A stretch of DNA of 64,000 nucleotides from Lama guanicoe (taxonomy: Eukaryota), in NCBI GenBank assembly GCA_013239625.1, contig MU054049.1:1315015-1379014 (forward strand), read 5' to 3'. This document shows, piece after piece, positions 60,972 to 64,000 of the stretch (the first letter of the stretch is position 1; the number at the start of each line of letters is the position of its first letter). The notes beneath the pieces are model-generated. The model was not told the origin of the DNA. It saw only the letters and a program-made list of their open reading frames with translations, and did no database searches. The position numbers were made by a program, and so were the translations under genes.

Positions 60972-61840
60972 TATAGTGGACGTGTCAGGAGCCCTGCCCA
61001 GATCCCCTGAGATCTTTTTGACCATATCTCTCCTCCCCCTCCCAGCTTGGTTGTATTTTCCCCTGCTGATTTTTTTAAATTCTTTTTTAAAGTTATTATT
61101 CATTTTTAATTGAAGTATAGTCAGTTTAAAATATTGTGTCAATTTCTGGTGTACAGTATAATGTTTCAATCATACATGTACATACATATATTCATTTTCA
61201 TATTCTTTTTCATTTTAAGTTACTATAAGATATTGAATATAGTTCCCTGAGCTACACAGGAGCACCCTGTTGTTCATCTATTTTATATATATAGTAGTTA
61301 GAATAGCCAAGATATGGAAACAGCCTAAATGTCCATCAACAGATGACTGGATAAAGAAGTTGTGAGATATATATATAATGTGTGTATATATATATATGTG
61401 ATGTATATATGTAACATATGGTTTATATATACAGTGGAATACTACTCAGCCATAAAAAGGAATAAAATCATACCACTTGCTGCAACATGGATGGACCCTG
61501 CTCTTTGAAGGAGGACTGCCCTCCTTCAAAGGCTGCTGGAGCTCCTCTGCCAGCACACATGGAGAGTCAGAAGTGCCCCTTAGTTGACAGCTGACTGGTG
61601 CAAGAATCTGGAAGCCAGTCCCTTGGCCTGAGGTTTGAACAACTCTGAGATGGAACTGACTCCCAGAGCACCCTGGAATCACGCTGAGGCTAATCCAATG
61701 GGGTTTTGTTTTAAATCACACCCTGGCTGGCCTCCTCCCTTTCTCTGCCCCTCACCCCACCCCATGACCAGTTTCTCTTAGGAACGTTTTCTTAATAAGT
61801 CCTCATTTCAAGGTCTGTCCCTGAAGACAATGACCTAAGA
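60972..61840 (+). mobile_element. ERVL LTR16-like element, split by L1 at 61068-61495
   Basis: 5' 'atagtggacgtgtcaggagccctgcccagatcccct'; 3' 'acaactctgagatggaac...aaatcacaccctggctggc...cttaataagtc...tcaaggtctg...acctaaga'. Confidence 0.7.
61068..61495 (-). mobile_element. Young L1 with 5' inversion (twin priming)
   Basis: 61068-61300 is L1 3' end on minus strand; 61302-61495 is upstream L1 sequence on plus strand; flanked by ccctgct (61061-61067, 61496-61502). Confidence 0.85.
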
Positions 61841-61961
61841 ATTGGTTTAAGCAGAGGATGTAAACCCCTGCTTTGGGGATGACAAATAATGTATCCTTGC
61901 AATAGGTGGCAGCTTAGAATAAGGGGACTGCATATGGATCCTTCTTATATGAAGGAACTCT

Positions 61962-62105
61962 GATTTTGGAGGGGAAGGTAATTAGGGTTTTTTTTAATGT
62001 ACTATTTCCTTTATTATTTGTTTAAATGGAAGTACTGGGAATGGAACCCAGGGCCTTGTGGATGCTAGGCACACATTCTACCACTGAGCTATACCCTGCC
62101 CACCT
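61962..62105 (-). mobile_element. Vic-1-type SINE, long form
   Basis: 'ggaggggaaggtaattagg...aatggaagtactgggaatggaacccagggcc...ctaccactgagctataccc'; TSD tgaagg(a/c)actct at 61950-61961 and 62106-62117. Confidence 0.9.
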
Positions 62106-62114
62106 TGAAGGCAC

Positions 62115-62420
62115 TCTTCACACACCGTCTCATTCAGTCTGTACAACAGCCCAAAATGTAGGAACCGTGTTCCCATTTTACAGATAAGGAAAGTGGGCTC
62201 TATCATGGAGTTAAGTACTTTCCCTAAACCGGAGTCTCTCAGAGTAGCCCAGACATATGTAATAGCAGCAGTAGCACCTTGACAACAGCTGGACACTGTT
62301 GTCACCATGGTCCTGCCAGATAGGTGTCCTTATCCCCGTTTGGCAGACCAGGCACCTGAGCTTTGCCACGTTGATGGCCAGCATCAGTATCACTGCAGGA
62401 TTTGAGGCCAGGACTCTCTG
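62115..62420 (-). mobile_element. MIR fragments
   Basis: 'ctcattcagtctgtacaacagccc...cccattttacagataaggaaagtgggctc' and a second partial core at ~62310-62420. Confidence 0.65.
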
Positions 62421-62869
62421 GCTCCCAATCTGTGCCATTCCCATCAAACCATGCTGCCCAGTGAGGGCAGCCTCTCTCAGCAGCCCCCAAAACATTCTTA
62501 TACCAGTGGGCCTCTGGAAGACCATCAGTTCACCCAAAACCCTGGCTGATTGGCTCTGTAGCTCCATGCTTTGAAAACCACAGAAGTGTCACCAATGTGA
62601 AGTAGATTCATCAAAAAAACTTTGTCCACTTGGAGAATGCTATGCCTCTGTTCCTGAGAATAGGGGCAGCCTCCGCCTTAACAGGTGGAGGCACCGCATA
62701 AATGATTGATAAACAAACAAGAACGGAATCAAGTGCCAGGCACTGTGCTAAAGGCTGGCACGTGTTATCTCCTGGAATCTCATGGCAGAGAAAGTGATTA
62801 TCTACACCCACCATGATCCTCCTCTCCTCTCTAGTTACAGAACTTTGGGTTTTCATCTAAGAGAAGATA

Positions 62870-63270
62870 CACTGGCTAAAACCTTTATTTAGCTCACTCC
62901 TTTGCAGTTAAATGTAGTCTGTGACTGAATCTGGCCAACAGAATGGAAATGAATTGCTCTGTTTGAAATGTTGGAAAATCTATTCAACTGAGAAGAGCAG
63001 TCTCAGCCTCCCCATGCCCCACTCCCTTCCTTCTGGCTGCCAGCCTGGAATGCTGGCATGATGGCTGGAACTTTGCAACCAGCTTGAACCAAGAGGTGAC
63101 CTTGAGGACGAAAGCTATACATCAGAGTGTGAAAAAGAAAGAGGGGCTCCTGCCCTGTGATGTCACCATGGATTGCCGTTCTAATGCTGGGTGGCTTGGT
63201 TTCAGACTTTTTGAAACCACCAAGATATTTCATTTCCCTGTTTTATTGCAGTTTAACTTAACCCAAAGCA
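62870..63270 (+). mobile_element. MaLR LTR (MLT1J/K-like)
   Basis: 'ctcctttgcagttaaatgtagtctgtgactgaatctggccaa...cctggaatgctggcatgatggctggaact...gaggtgaccttgaggacgaaagc'. Confidence 0.75.
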
Positions 63271-64000
63271 TTATAAATTACCTCAACCATTCTGAAAGGG
63301 TGACTGGGAAGGTTCAGCACTGACTGCTGAATTTTTCACTCCTCTGAAATCAGGGCATTTGGGAGGCTCTGGTAAAGTCGGGTTGAATTTTCCAGCACTG
63401 TGGACACCCTGGGGTGTGCTGGAGATGTGTTCTTGCCCTCACAGTGGGGAATGGTGACTGATTGTCAAGAATCGGGGTTGGTGCGTGTATCCCACAAACG
63501 CATTCATCATGCTGGCTCTCAGCTGCCTGGGGTTAAACAAAAAGCAAAGTATTGCCTAGGCTTAACCTTGATGGGAAAAAGAAGATATTTAAATACCCGC
63601 TTTGTAGACTGCTTTCAACTATGGAAGAATTCACCACCATTAACTACGGTGGTGATAATTAGACATATACTATGTAGGTAGAGTATGCAATTAAATAATT
63701 ATCATTTTTCATGAGCTCTTATGCGATCATTCCAGGAAGATGAGCAGCGTTAAAAATGTTGTCAAATTAAACCTACCTCATGTCTACGCCCATCACCCAT
63801 GTATTCAGCTTCCTGGACTCAGTATCCTCATCTATAAATGAGGAGCTTGAATGAGATGCTCTCAGGAGACTTTGGATCTCAAGGATCTGGCAGCTAAATC
63901 GTGGCTGTTTTGGGCTTGGGAGAAAGTGGGCCATTTCCCCTCGGTCATGGGATTTGATTTGGAAAACCGAGAAAGGTCTTTTTTTTTTTTTAATTCAAAG

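Noticed and set aside
1..64000. A novel multi-gene system, operon, CRISPR array or defence locus
   Set aside because: Sequence is mammalian and repeat-rich; no gene-dense ORFs, no regularly spaced repeat-spacer array and no recognisable enzyme domains except decayed L1 protein

Overview
This is mammalian, not microbial, DNA. It is most likely a camelid (alpaca/llama/camel): four copies of a tRNA-Ala(AGC)-derived Vic-1-type SINE and a young lineage-type L1 3' end are present, and I saw no Alu, B1/B2, Bov-tA or PRE-1. The window looks like an intergenic or deep intronic region, roughly half covered by interspersed repeats (L1, L2, MIR, ERV1/ERVL/MaLR solo LTRs, hAT fossils). I find no intact protein-coding gene, rRNA, true tRNA or CRISPR array; the ORF track is mostly chance ORFs or decayed L1 protein. 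The one host-gene-derived feature is a full-length processed pseudogene of SEM1 (DSS1/SHFM1) at 47244-47743, inserted with a 9-bp TSD into an old L1. Other notable structures: two convergent copies of the same ERV1 solo LTR 37 kb apart (one keeps promoter motifs but lost AATAAA), a twin-primed 5'-inverted L1, a 48-bp orphan poly(A) micro-insertion, a SINE-L1 composite within one TSD, a diverged ~150-bp local duplication, a short telomeric tract and several repeat-free motif-dense candidate enhancers. I see no support for a previously undescribed biological system. Repeat subfamily names are from recalled consensus sequences, and boundaries without a TSD are approximate.
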